Assembly (NCBI RefSeq): GCF_046119375.1 | Contig: NW_027362768.1 | Location: 385,702,001-385,766,000, forward strand | Length of the DNA: 64,000 nt | Source of the DNA: Phyllobates terribilis | Taxonomy: Eukaryota | Reading direction: 5' to 3' | Part shown: positions 50,301 through 64,000 of the stretch, one piece after another | Position numbering within the stretch: the stretch's first letter is position 1 | How the letters are laid out: each line of letters begins with the position of its first letter | The notes under the pieces: model-generated | Databases searched by the model: none | Told to the model about the DNA's origin: nothing | What the model saw: the letters and a program-made list of their open reading frames with translations, nothing else | Made by a program: the position numbers and the translations under genes

Positions 50301-51739
50301 GTACATATATAATTATATACAGGAGATGCCCAGGTTATACCAGCTGTACATATATAATTATATACAGGAGATGCCCAGGTTATACCAGCCGTACATATAT
50401 AATTATATACAGGAGATGCCCAGATTATACCAGCCGTACATATATAATTATATACAGGAGATGCCCAGGTTATACCAGCCGTACATATATAATTATATAC
50501 AGGAGATGCCCAGGTTATACCAGCCGTACATATATAATTATATACAGGAGATGCCCAGGTTATACCAGCCGTACATATATAATTATATACAGGAGATGCC
50601 CAGGTTATACCAGCCGTACATATATAATTATATACAGGAGATGCCCAGGTTATACCAGCCGTACATATATATTTATATACAGGAGATGCCCAGGTTATAC
50701 CAGCCGTACATATATAATTATATACAGGAGATGCCCAGGTTATACCAGCCGTACATATATAATTATATACAGGAGATGTCCAGGTTATACCAGCTGTACA
50801 TATATAATTATATACAGGAGATGCCCAGGTTATACCAGCTGTACATGTATAATAATATACAGGAGATGCCCAGGTTACACCATCTGTACATATATAATTA
50901 TATACAGGAGATGCCCAGGTTATACCAGCTGTACATATATAATTATATACAGGAGATGCCCAGGTTATACCGGCTGTACATATATAATTATACACAGGAG
51001 ATGCCCAGGTTATACCAGCTGTACATATATAATAATATACAGGAGATGCCCAGGTTATACCAGCTGTACATATATAATTATATACAGGAGATGCCCAGGT
51101 TATACCAGCTGTACATATATAATTATATACAGGAGATGCCCAGGTTATACCGGCTGTACATATATAATTATATACAGGAGATACCCAGATTATACCAGCT
51201 GTACATGTATAATTATATACAGAAGATGCTCAGGTTATACCAGCCGTACATATATAATTATATACAGGAGATGCCCAGGTTATACCAGCTGTACATATAT
51301 AATTATATACAGGAGGTGCCCAGGTTATACCAGCTGTACATATATAGTTATATACAGGAGATACCCAGGTTATACCAGCTGTACATATATAATTATATAC
51401 AGGAGGTTCCCAGGTTATACCAGCCGTACATAGTTATATACAGGAGATGCCCCGGTTATACGGGCTGTACATATATAATTATATACAGGAGATACCCAGG
51501 TTATACCAGCTGTACATATATAATTATATACAGGAGATACCCAGGTTATACTGGCTGTACATATATAATTATATACAGGAGATGCCCCGGTTATACCAGC
51601 CGTACATAGTTATATACAGGAGATACCCAGGTTATACCGGCTGTACATATATAATTATATACAGGAGATACCCAGGTTATACGGGCTGTACATATATAAT
51701 TATATACAGGAGATGCCCAGGTTATTCCAGCTGTACATA

Positions 51740-53082
51740 TCTATAATATAACGGGAGATGTGTGCCTCTGTCTGAAGCCTCTATAGACTGCTCATGCGTG
51801 ACGCGCAATCTGGCTCCAGACAGAAGAACGCATGCAGCCGTTACAGGTAAGAGGAGTGTATGGCGCCGGAGATCGCGGTATGTGTAGACACTGAACACAT
51901 ACCGTAATTTCCGGCACCATACTTGCATTCCAGGATTGGGGGGTGAGGGGACCATGCATACCAAGATGAGGGGTACCACACATACCAGGATAGGGTGGGT
52001 GAGGGGACCATGCGTACCAGGATTGGGGGGTGAGGGAACCATGCATACCCAGATTGGGGAGTGAGGATACCATGCATACCAGGATTGGGGGATGAGGGGA
52101 CCATGGATACCAGGATTGGGGGATGAGGGGTACCACACATACCAGGATTGGGGGATAAGGGGACCATGCATGCCAGGATGAGGGGTACCACACATACCAG
52201 GATTTGGGGGGTAAGGGGACCATGCATACCAGGATTGAGGGGACCATACATACCAGGTTACGGGACCCTGCATACCAGGATTGGGGGGTGAGGGGACCAT
52301 GCATACCAGGATTGGGGGGTGAGGGGTGCCATGCATACCAGGATTGGGGATGAGGGGTGCCATGCATACCAGGATTGGGGATGAGGGGTGCCATGCATAC
52401 CAGGATTTGGGATGAGGGAGCCATGTATACCAGGATGGGGGTGAGGGGCCCATGCATACCAGGATTGGGTATAAGGGGTACCACACATACCAGGATTGGG
52501 GATGAGGGGTACCATGCATACCAGGATTGGGGGTGAGGGGTGCCATGCATACAAGGATTGGGGATGAGGGGAGCCATGCATACCAGGATTGGGGATGAGG
52601 GGTGTCTTGCATACCAGGATTGGGGATGAGGGAGCCATGTATACCAGGATGGGGGGTGAGGGGCCCATACATGCCAGGATTGGGTATAAGGGGTACCACA
52701 CATACCAGTATTGGGTATAAGGGGTACCACACATACCAGGATTGGGGATGAGGGGTGCTCTGCATACCAGGATTGGGGGTGAGGGGTGCCATGCATGCAA
52801 GGATTGGGGATGAGGGGTGCTATGCATACCAGGATTGGGGGTGAGGGGTGCCATGCATACCAGGATTGGGGGTGAGGGGTGCCATGCATACTAGGATTGG
52901 AAGTGAGGGGTGCCATGCATATCAGGATGGGGATGAAGGGTGCCATGTATACTAGGATAGGATGGTGGGGACAGGATGGGGGCAGCACAAATACCAGGAG
53001 GGGGACTGTACATACCAGCATGGGAGACCATATACCAATAAAAATCCTCGCCTCCCGGGCGTAGAACGGGCTCAATAGCTAG
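51740..53082 (+). mobile_element. Non-autonomous Helitron, copy 1 (1343 bp)
   Basis: 5' TCTATAATAT, 3' CTAG preceded by the GC hairpin cccg-ggcgtagaa-cggg 12 nt upstream. Inserted between A and T with no TSD; removing it restores the satellite unit gtacata|tataatta. Confidence 0.88.
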
Positions 53083-53696
53083 TATAATTATATGCAGGAG
53101 ATGCCCAGGTTATACCAGCTGTACATATATAGTTATATACAGGAGATACCCAGGTTATACGGGCTGTACATATATAATTATATACAGGAGATGCCCCGGT
53201 TATACTAGCCGTACATAGTTATATACAGGAGATACCCAGGTTATACCAGCTGTACATATATAGTTATATACAGGAGATACCCAGGTTATACGGGCTGTAC
53301 ATATATAATTATATACAGGAGATGCCCCGGTTATACCAGCCGTACATAGTTATATACAGGAGATACCCAGGTTATACCAGCTGTACATATATAATTATAT
53401 ACAGGAGATGCCCCGGTTATACCAGACATACATAGTTATATACAGGAGATACCCAGGTTATACCGGCTGTACATATATAATTATATACAGGAGATACCCA
53501 GGTTATACGGGCTGTACATATATAATTATATACAGGAGATGCCCCGGTTATACCAGCCGTACATAGTTATATACAGGAGATACCCAGGTTATACCGGCTG
53601 TACATATATAATTATATACAGGAGATACCCAGGTTATACGGGCTGTACATATATAATTATATACAGGAGATGCCCAGGTTATTCCAGCTGTACATA

Positions 53697-55017
53697 TCTA
53701 TAATATAACGGGAGATGTGTGCCTCTGTCTGAAGCCTCTATAGACTGCTCATGCGTGACGCGCAATCTGGCTCCAGACAGAAGAACGCATGGAGCCGTTA
53801 CAGGTAAGAGGAGTGTATGGCGCCGGAGATCGCGGTATGTGTAGACACTGAACACATACCGTAATTTCCGGCGCCATACTTGCATTCCAGGATTGGGGGG
53901 TGAGGGGACCATGCATACCAAGATGAGGGGTACCACACATACCAGGATAGGGTGGGTGAGGGGACCATGCGTACCAGGATTGGGGGGTGAGGGAACCATG
54001 CATACCCAGATTGGGGAGTGAGGATACCATGCATACCAGGATTGGGGGATGAGGGGACCATGGATACCAGAATTGGGAGATGAGGGGTACCACACATACC
54101 AGGATTGGGGGATAAGGGGACCATGCATGCCAGGATGAGGGGTACCACACATACCAGGATTTGGGGGGTAAGGGGACCATGCATACCAGGATTGAGGGGA
54201 CCATACATACCAGGTTACGGGACCATGCATACCAGGATTGGGGGGTGAGGGGACCATGCATACCAGGATTGGGGGGTGAGGGGTGCCATGCATACCAGGA
54301 TTGGGGATGAGGGGTGCCATGCATACCAGGATTGGGGATGAGGGGTGCCATGCATACCAGGATTTGGGATGAGGGAGCCATGTATACCAGGATGGGGGTG
54401 AGGGGCCCATGCATACCAGGATTGGGTATAAGGGGTACCACACATACCAGGATTGGGGATGAGGGGTGCCATGCATACCAGGATTGGGGGTGAGGGGTGC
54501 CATGCATACAAGGATTGGGGATGAGGGGTGTCATACATACCAGGATTGGGGATGAGGGAGCCATGTATACCAGGATGGGGGGGTGAGGGGCCCATGCATG
54601 CCAGGATTGGGTATAAGGGGTACCACACATACCAGTATTGGGTATAAGGGGTACCACACATACCAGGATTGGGGATGAGGGGTGCCCTGCATACCAGGAT
54701 TGGGGGTGAGGGGTGCCATGCATGCAAGGATTGGGGATGAGGGGTGCTATGCATACCAGGATTGGGGGTGAGGGGTGCCATGCATACCAGGATTGGGGGT
54801 GAGGGGTGCCATGCATACTAGGATTGGGGGTGAGGGGTGCCATGCATACTAGGATTGGAAGTGAGGGGTGCCATGCATATCAGGATGGGGATGAAGGGTG
54901 CCATGTATACTAGGAAAGGATGGTGGGGACAGGAGGGGGACTGCACATACCAGCATGGGAGACCATATACCAATAAAAATCCTCGCCTCCCGGGCGTAGA
55001 ACGGGCTCAATAGCTAG
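53697..55017 (+). mobile_element. Non-autonomous Helitron, copy 2 (1321 bp)
   Basis: Same termini, hairpin and A|T site as copy 1; differs by scattered substitutions and a deletion of about 23 bp near the 3' end. Confidence 0.88.
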
Positions 55018-55400
55018 TATAATTATATGCAGGAGATGCCCAGGTTATACCAGCTCTACATACAGTATATAATTATATACAGGAGATGCCCAGGTTATAC
55101 CAGCTGTACATATATAATTATATACAGGAGATGCCCGGGTTATACCAGCTCTACATACAGTATATAATTATATACAGGAGATGCCCAGGTTATACCAGCT
55201 TTACATACAGTATATAATTATATACAGGAGATGCCCAGGTTATACCAGCTCTACATATATAATTATATACAGAAGATGCCCAAGTTATACCAGCTGTACA
55301 TATATAGTTATGTACAGGAGAAGCCCAGGTTAAACCAGCTGTACATATATAGTTATGTACAGGAGAAGCCCAGGTTAAACCAGCTGTACATATATAGTTA

Positions 55401-57038
55401 CAGTTATATGAAAAAGTTTGGGCACCCCTATTAATCTTAAGCTTAATGTTTTATATAAATTGGTGTTTTTGCAGCAGCTCTTTCAGTTTGATCTATGTAA
55501 TAACTGTTGGACACAGTAATGTTTCTGCCTTGAAATGAGGTTTATTGTACTAACAGAAAATGTGCAATCTGCATTCAAACAAAATTTGACAGGTGCATAA
55601 GTATGGGCACCTCACCAGAAAAGTGACATTAATAGTTAGTAGATCCTCCTTTTGCCTCTAGTCGCTTCCTGTAGCTTTTAATGAGTTCCTGGATCCTGGA
55701 GGAAGGTATTTTTGACCATTCCTCTTTACAAAACAATTCCAGTTCAGTTAAGTTTGATGGTCGCCCCCGAGCATGGACAGCCCTCTTCAAATGATCCCAC
55801 AGATGTTCAATGATATTCAGGTCTGGGGACTGGGATGGCCATTCCAGAACATTGTAATTGTTCCTCTGCATGAATGCCTGAGTAGATTTGGAGCGGTGTT
55901 TTGGATCATTGTCTTGCTGAAAGATCCATCCCCTGCGTAACTTCAACTTTATCAATGATTCTTGAACATTATTGTCAAGAATCTGCTGATACTGAGTGGA
56001 ATCCATGCGTCCCTCAACTTTAACAAGATTCCCGGTGCCGGCATTGGCCACACAGCCCCAAAGCATGATGGAACCTCCACCAAATTTTACTGTGGGTAGC
56101 AAGTGTGTTTCTTGGAATACTGTGTTTTTTTGCCGCCATGCATAACGCCTTTTTGTATGACCAAACAACTCAATCTTGGTTTCATCAGTCCACAGGACCT
56201 TCTTCCAAAAAGAAATTGGCTTCTCCAAATGTGCTTTTGCATACCTCAGCCGACTCTGTTTGTGGCGTGCTTGCAGAAACGGCTTCTTTCGCATCACTCT
56301 CCCATACAGCTTCTCCTTGTGCAAAGTGCGTTGTATAGTTGACCGATGCACAGTGACACCATCTGCAGCAAGTTGATGCTGCAGCTCTCTGGAGGTGGTC
56401 TGAGGATTGTCCTTGACTGATCTCACCATTCTTCTTCTCTGCCTTACTGATGTTTTTCTTGGCCTGCCACTTCTGGCCTTAACAAGAACTGTCCCTGTGT
56501 TCTTCCATTTCCTTACTATGTTCCTCACAGTGGAAACTGACAGGTTAAATCGCTGAGACAGCTTTTTGTATCCTTCCCCTGAACAACTATGTTGAATAAT
56601 CTTTGTTTTCAGATCATTTGACAGTTGTTTTGCGGAGCCCATGATGCCACTCTTCAGAGGAGATTCAAACAGGAGAACAACTTGCAAGTGGCCACTAAGT
56701 AGCTTTTCTCATGATTGCATACACCTGGCTATAAAGTTCAAAGCTCAATGAGGTTACAAAACCAAAAAAGTGCTTTAGTAAGTCAGTAAAAAGTAGGTAG
56801 GAGTATTTAAAACAAGAAAATGATAAGGGTGCCCATACTTATGCACCTGTCAAATTTTGTTTGAATGCAGATTGCACATTTTCTGTTAGTACAATAAACC
56901 TCATTTCAAGGCAGAAACATTACTGTGTCCAACAGTTATTACATAGATCAAACTGAAATAGCTGCTGCAAAAACACCAATTTTTATAAAACATTAAGCTT
57001 AAGATTAATAGGGGTGCCCAAACTTTTTCATATAACTG
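55401..57038 (-). mobile_element. Full-length Tc1-family IR/DR transposon (1638 bp)
   Basis: 211-bp TIRs (55401-55611 and 56828-57038; 2 mismatches seen) starting CAGTTATATG, each with outer and inner direct repeats (tgaaaaagtttgggcacc and tgcataagtatgggcacc). TA duplication at 55399-55400 and 57039-57040. Confidence 0.96.
55629..56642 (-). CDS. Tc1 transposase, DD34E, 337 aa, uninterrupted ORF
   Basis: ATG at 56642 (MGSAKQLSNDLK; the track's start is an upstream TTG). Paired-like HTH, GRPRK motif, WTDETK, FQQDNDPKH, SPDLNIIEHLW with 34 residues between the second D and E. Confidence 0.93.
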   Translation of the reverse strand: MGSAKQLSNDLKTKIIQHSCSGEGYKKLSQRFNLSVSTVRNIVRKWKNTGTVLVKARSGRPRKTSVRQRRRMVRSVKDNPQTTSRELQHQLAADGVTVHRSTIQRTLHKEKLYGRVMRKKPFLQARHKQSRLRYAKAHLEKPISFWKKVLWTDETKIELFGHTKRRYAWRQKNTVFQETHLLPTVKFGGGSIMLWGCVANAGTGNLVKVEGRMDSTQYQQILDNNVQESLIKLKLRRGWIFQQDNDPKHRSKSTQAFMQRNNYNVLEWPSQSPDLNIIEHLWDHLKRAVHARGRPSNLTELELFCKEEWSKIPSSRIQELIKSYRKRLEAKGGSTNY

Positions 57039-60000
57039 TATATACAGGAGATGCCAACGTTATACCGGCTGTACACATATAATAATGTACAGGAGATACC
57101 CAGTTTATACCAGCTGTACATATATAGTTATATACAGAAGATGCCCAGGTTATACCAGCTGTACATATATAGTTATATACAGGAGATACCCAGGTTATAC
57201 CGGCTGTACATATATAGTTATATACAGAAGATGCCCAGGTTATACCAGCTGTACATATATAATTACATACAGGAGATGCCCAGGTTATACCAGCTGTACG
57301 TATATAGTTATATACATGAGATGCCTAGTTTATACCAGCTGTACATTTATAATTATATTCAGGAGATGCCCAGGTAATACCAGCTGTACATAATTATATA
57401 CAGGAGATGCCCAGGTTATATCAGCTGTACTTATACAATTATATACAGGAGATGCCCAGGTTATACCAGCTGTACAAATATAATTATATACAGGAGATGC
57501 CCAGGTTATACCGGCTGTACATACAGTATATAATTATATACAGGAGATGCCCAGGTTATATCAGCTGTACATATACAATTATATACAGGAGATGCCCAGG
57601 TTATACCAGCTGTACATTTATAATTATATTCAGGAGATGCCCAGGTAATACCAGCTGTACATAAATAATAATATACAGGAGATGCCCAGGTTATATCAGC
57701 TGTACATATACAATTATATACAGGAGATGCCCAGGTTATATCAGCTGTACATATACAATTATATACAGGAGATGCCAGGGTTATACCAATTGCACATATA
57801 TAATTATATAGAGGACATGCTGAGTTATACCAGCAGTACATGGATAATTACATACAGGAGATGCCCAGGTTATACCAGCTGTACATATAAATTATATACA
57901 GGAGATACCCAGGTTATACCAGTTGTACATATATAATTATATACAGGAGATGCCTGGGTTATATCAGCAGTACATTTATAATTATATACAGGAGATGACC
58001 AGGTTATACCAGCTATACATATATAATTATATACAGAAGATGCCCATGTTATACCAGCTGTCCATATATAATTATGTACAGGAGATGCCCAGATTATACC
58101 GGCTGTCCATATATAATTATATACAAGAGATGCCCAGGTTTTACTGGCTGTGCATATATAATTATATACAGGAGATGCCCAGGTTATACCAGCTGTACAT
58201 GTATAATTATATACAGGAGATACCCAGGTTATACCAGCTGTACATATATAATTATATACAGGAGATACCCAGATTATACCAGCCGTACATATATAATTAT
58301 GCACATTAGATGCCCAGATTATACCAACTGTACATATATAATTATATACAGGAGATGCCCATGTTATACCAGCCGTACATATATATTTATATAAAGGAGA
58401 TACCCGGGTTATACCAGCCGTACATATATAATTATGTACAGGAGATGCCCAGATTATAACAACCGTACATATATAATTATGTACAGGAAATGCCCAGGCT
58501 ATACCAGCTGTACATATATAATTATATACAGGAGATGCCCAGGTTATACCAGCTGTACATATATAATTATATACAGGAGATGCCCAGGTTATACCAGCCA
58601 TACATATATAATTATATACAGGAGATGCCCAGGTTATTTCAGCCGTACATTTATAATTATGTACAGGAGATGCCCAGATTATACCAGCTGTACACATATA
58701 ATTATATACAGGGGATGCCCAGGTTATACCAGCTGTGCATATATAATTATATACAGGAGATGCCCAGGATTTACCAGCTGTACATATATAATTATATACA
58801 GGAGATGCCCACGTTATACCAGCTGTACATATATAATTATATACAGGAAATGCCCAGGTTATACCAGCTGTACATATATAATTATATACAGTAGATGCCC
58901 AAGTTATACCAGCTGCACATATATAATTATATAAATGAGATGCCCAGGTTATACCAACTGTACGTATATAATTATATACAGGAGATGCCCAGGTTATACC
59001 AGCTGTACATATATAATTATATACAGGAGATGCCCAGGTTATACCACCTGTACCTATATAATTATATACAGGAGATGCCCAGGTTATACCAGCTGTGCCT
59101 ATATAATTATATACAGGAGATGCCCAGGTTATACCAGCTGTGCCTATATAATTATATACAGGAGATGCCCAGGTTATACCAGCTGTACCTATATAATTAT
59201 ATACAGGAGATGCCCAGGTTATACCAGCTGTACATATATAACTATATACAGGAGATGCTCAGGTTATACCAGCTGTACATATATAATTATATACAGGAGA
59301 TGCCCAGGTTATACCGGCTGTACATATATAATTATATAGAGGAGATACCCAGGTTATACCAGCTGTGCATATATAATTTTATACAGGAGATGCCCAGGTT
59401 ATAAAAGCTATACATATATAATGATATACAGTAGATGCCCAGGTTATACCAGCTGTACATATATAATTATATACAGGAGATGCCCAGGTTATACCAGTTG
59501 TACATATATAATTATATACAGGAGATGCCCAGGTTATACTAGCTGTACATATATAACTATATACAGGAGATGCTCAGGTTATACCGGAGTACATATATAA
59601 TTATTTACAGGAGATGCCCAGGTTATACCAGCTGTACATATATAATTATATACAGGAGATGCCCAGGTTATACCGGCGTACATATATAATTATTTACAGG
59701 AGATGCCCAGGTAATACCAGCTGTACATATATAATTATATACAGGAGATGCCCAGGTTATACCAGCTATACATATATAATGATATACAGTAGATGCCCAG
59801 GTTATACCAGCTGTACTTATATAATTATATAGAGGAGGTGCCCAGGTTATACCAGCTATACATATATAATTATATACAGGAGATGCCCAGGTTATACCGG
59901 CGTACATATATAATTATTTACAGGAGATGCCCAGGTTATACCAGCTGTACATATATAATTATATTCAGGAGATGCCCAGGTTATACCAGCTATACATATA

Positions 60001-63000
60001 TAATGATACACAATAGATGCCCAGGTTATACCAGCTGTACAAATATAATTATATAGAGGAGGTGCCCAGGTTATACCAGCTATACATATATAATTATATA
60101 CAGGAGATGCCCAGGTTATACCGGCTGTGCATATATAATTATATACAGGAGATGCCCAGGTTATACCAGCTGTACATATATAATTATATACAGGAGATGC
60201 CCAGGTTATACCAGTTGTACATATAAAATTATATACAGGAGATGCCCAGGTTATACCGGCGTACATATATAATTATTTACAGGAGATGCCCAGGTTATAC
60301 CAGCTGTACATATATAATTATATTCAGGAGATGCCCAGGTTATACCAGCTATACATATATAATGATACACAATAGATGCCCAGGTTATACCAGCTGTACA
60401 AATATAATTATATAGAGGAGGTGCCCAGGTTATACCAGCTATACATATATAATTATATACAGGAGATGCCCAGGTTATACCGGCTGTGCATATATAATTA
60501 TATACAGGAGATGCCCAGGTTATACCAGCTGTACATATATAATTATATACAGGAGATGCCCAGGTTATACCAGTTGTACATATAAAATTATATACAGGAG
60601 ATGCCCAGGTTATACCGGCGTACATATATAATTATTTACAGGAGATGCCCAGGTTATACCAGTTGTACATATATAAATATATTCAGGAGATGCCCAGGTT
60701 ATACCAGCTATACATATATAATGATACACAGTAGATGCACCGGTTATACCAGCTGTATATATATAATTATATAGGGGAGGTGCCCAGGTTATACCAGCTA
60801 TACATATATAATTATATACAGGAGATGCCCAGGTTATACCGGCTGTGCATATATAATTATATACAGGAGATGTCCAGGTAATACCAGCTATACATATATA
60901 ATGATATACAGTAGATGCCCAGGTTATACCAGTTGTACTTATATAATTATATAGAGGAGGTGCCCAGGTTATACCAGCTATACATATATAATTATATATA
61001 GGAGATGCCCAGTTTATACCGGCTGTGCATATATAATTATATACAGGAGATGCCCAGGTTATACCAGCTGTACATATATAATTATATACAGGAGATGCCC
61101 AGGTTATACCAGCTGTACATATAAAATTATATACAGGAGATGCCCAGGTTATACCGGCGTACATATATAATTATTTACAGGAGATGCCCAGGTTATACCA
61201 GCTGTACATATATAATTATATTCAGGAGATGCCCAGGTTATAACAGCTATACATATATAATGATACACAGTAGATGCCCAGGTTATACCAGCTGTACAAA
61301 TATAATTATATAGAGGAGGTGCCCAGGTTATACCAGCTATAGATATATAATTATATACAGGAGATGCCCAGGTTATACCAGCTGTACATATATAATTATA
61401 TACAGGAGATGCCCGGGTTATACCAGCTGTACATATATAATTATATACAGGAGGTGCCCAGGTAATACAAGCTGTACATATATAATTATATACAGTAGAT
61501 GCCCAGGTTATACCAGCTGTACATATATAATTATATGCAGGAGATGCCCAGGTTATACCAGCTGCACATATCTAATTATATACAGGAGATGCCCAGGTTA
61601 TACCAGCCGTAAATAGTTATATACAGGAGATGCCCAGGTTATACCAGCTGTACATATATAATTATATACAGGAGATGCCCGGGTTATACCAGCTGTACAT
61701 ATATAATTATATACAGGAGGTGCACAGGTAATACAAGCTGTACATATATAATTATATACAGTAGATGCCCAGGTTATACCAGCTGTACATATATAATTAT
61801 ATTCAGGAGATGCCCAGGTTATACCAGCCGTAAATAGTTATATACAGGAGATGCCCAGGTTATACCAGCTGTACATATATAATTATATACAGGAGGTGCT
61901 CAGGTAATACCAGCTGTACATATATAATTATATTCAGGAGATGCCCAGGTTATACCAGCTGCACATATCTAATTATATACAGGAGATGCCCAGGTTATAC
62001 CAGCTGTACATATATAATTATATACAGGAGATGGCGAGGTTGTACCAGCTGTACATATACAGTATAATTATATACAGGAGATGCCCCGGTTATACCAGTC
62101 GTACATAGTTATATACAGGAGATGCCCAGGTTATACCAGCTGTACATATATAATTATATACCAGAGATGCCCAGGCTATACCAGCTGTACATATATAATT
62201 ATATACAGGAGATGCCCAGGTTATACCAGCTGTACATATATAATTATATACAGGAGGTTCCCAGGTTATACCGGCTGTACATATATAATTATATACAGGA
62301 GATGCCCAGGCTATACCAGCTGTACATATATAATTATATACAGGAGATGCCCAGGTTATACCAGCTGTACATATATAGTTATATACAGGAGATACCCAGG
62401 TTATACCAGCTGTACTTATATAATTATATACAGGAGGTTCCCAGGTTATAACGGCTGTACATATATAATTATATACAGGAGGTTCCCAGGTTATACCGGC
62501 TGTACATATATAATTTTATACAGGAGATGCCCAGGTTATACCAGCTGTACATATATAATTATATACAGGAGATGCCCAGGTTATACCAGCTGTACATATA
62601 TAATTATATACAGGCGGTGCCCAGGTTATAGCAGCTGTACATATATAGTTATATACAGGAGATACCCAGGTTATACCAGCTGTACATATATAATTATATA
62701 CAGGAGGTTCCCAGGTTATACCAGCCGTACATAGTTATATACAGGAGATACCCAGGTTATACGGGCTGTACATATATAATTATATACAGGAGATGCCCCG
62801 GTTATACCAGCCGTACATAGTTATATACAGGAGATACCCAGGTTATACCGGCTGTACATATATAATTATATACAGGAGATACCCAGGTTATACCGGCTGT
62901 ACATATATAATTATATACAGGAGATACCCAGGTTATACCGGCTGTACATATATAATTATATACAGGAGATACCCAGGTTATACAGGCTGTACATATATAA

Positions 63001-64000
63001 TTATATACAGGAGATGCCCTAGTTATACCAGCTGTACATATATAATTATATACAGGAGATACCCAGGTTATACGGGCTGTACATATATAATTATATAGAG
63101 GAGATGCCCGGATTATACCAGCCGTACATAGTTATATACAGGAGATACCCAGGTTATACCGGCTGTACATATATAATTATATACAGGAGATACCCAGGTT
63201 ATACGGGCTGTACATATATAATTATATACAGGAGATGCCCAGGTTATACCAGCTGTACATATATAATTATATACAGGAGATGCCCCGGTTATACCAGCCG
63301 TACATAGTTATATACAGGAGATACCCAGGTTATACCGGCTGTACATATATAATTATATACAGGAGATACCCAGGTTATACCGGCTGTACATATATAATTA
63401 TATACAGGAGATACCCAGGTTATACCGGCTGTACATATATAATTATATACAGGAGATACCCAGGTTATACCGGCTGTACATATATAATTATATACAGGAG
63501 ATGCCCTAGTTATACCAGCTGTACATATATAATTATATACAGGAGATACCCAGGTTATACGGGCTGTACATATATAATTATATACAGGAGATGCCCGGAT
63601 TATACCAGCCGTACATAGTTATATACAGGAGATACCCAGGTTATACCGGCTGTACATATATAATTATATACAGGAGATACCCAGGTTATACCGGCTGTAC
63701 ATATATAATTATATACAGGAGATACCCAGGTTATACCAGCTGTACATATATAATTATATACAGGAGATGCCCGGGTTATTCCAGCTGTACATATATAATT
63801 ATATACAGGAGATGCCCAGGTTATACGGGCTGTACATATATAATTATATACAGGAGATACCCAGGTTATACGGGCTGTACATATATAATTATATACAGGA
63901 GATGCCCAGGTTATTCCAGCTGTACATATATAATTATATACAGGAGATACCCAGGTTATACCGGCTGTACATATATAATTATATACAGGAGATACCCAGG

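Larger units (their letters stand above)
47795..64000. repeat. More than 16-kb 45-bp tandem array (gtacatatataattatatacaggagatgcccaggttataccagct; 38-bp deletion variant), running off the window and interrupted by two Helitron copies and a Tc1
   Basis: 15-aa periodic pseudo-ORFs (MPRLYQLYIYNYIQE) and direct reading. Confidence 0.97.

Noticed and set aside
51722-54843. Pro/His/Trp-rich ORFs of 274-427 aa
   Set aside because: They are translations of the Helitron's internal minisatellite; no Rep/helicase motifs are present.
51740-55017. The two 1.3-kb direct repeats as LTRs of one retrotransposon
   Set aside because: The termini are TC...CTAG with a 3' hairpin and no TSD, not TG...CA, and the 614-bp spacer is plain satellite.
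47728-63618. Long ORFs of up to 517 aa (MPRLYQLYIYNYIQE repeats)
   Set aside because: They are translations of a stop-free 45-bp satellite unit, open in several frames and on both strands, with no domain content.

Overview
Eukaryotic, repeat-rich vertebrate genomic DNA, most likely from a frog (inferred from repeat families and protein divergence; species not determinable here). Three complete protein-coding genes were reconstructed by hand from splice sites and remembered orthologue sequences: NPRL2 (minus strand, 11 coding exons, 3948-15371, 379 aa), CYB561D2 (plus strand, 3 coding exons, 20348-24127, 221 aa) and TMEM115 (minus strand, 2 coding exons, 43204-46242, 344 aa). Order and orientation match the human 3p21.3 cluster, with a likely bidirectional NPRL2/CYB561D2 promoter near 17.7-17.9 kb. 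More than half of the window is tandem repeat from about 15 unrelated unit families, filling most introns and intergenic space. Mobile elements include a decayed Gypsy pol fragment, a probable solo LTR, a decayed L1 3' fragment, several MITE/foldback elements, two copies of a non-autonomous Helitron, and a young IR/DR Tc1 with an uninterrupted DD34E transposase ORF. The most unusual observations are: a 3.5-kb intronic array built from the 5' head (Pol III A-box) of a tRNA-derived SINE, a Helitron duplicated together with its host satellite, and a foldback element flanked by a 14-bp direct repeat. Most long ORFs in the supplied track are artefacts of stop-free repeat units.
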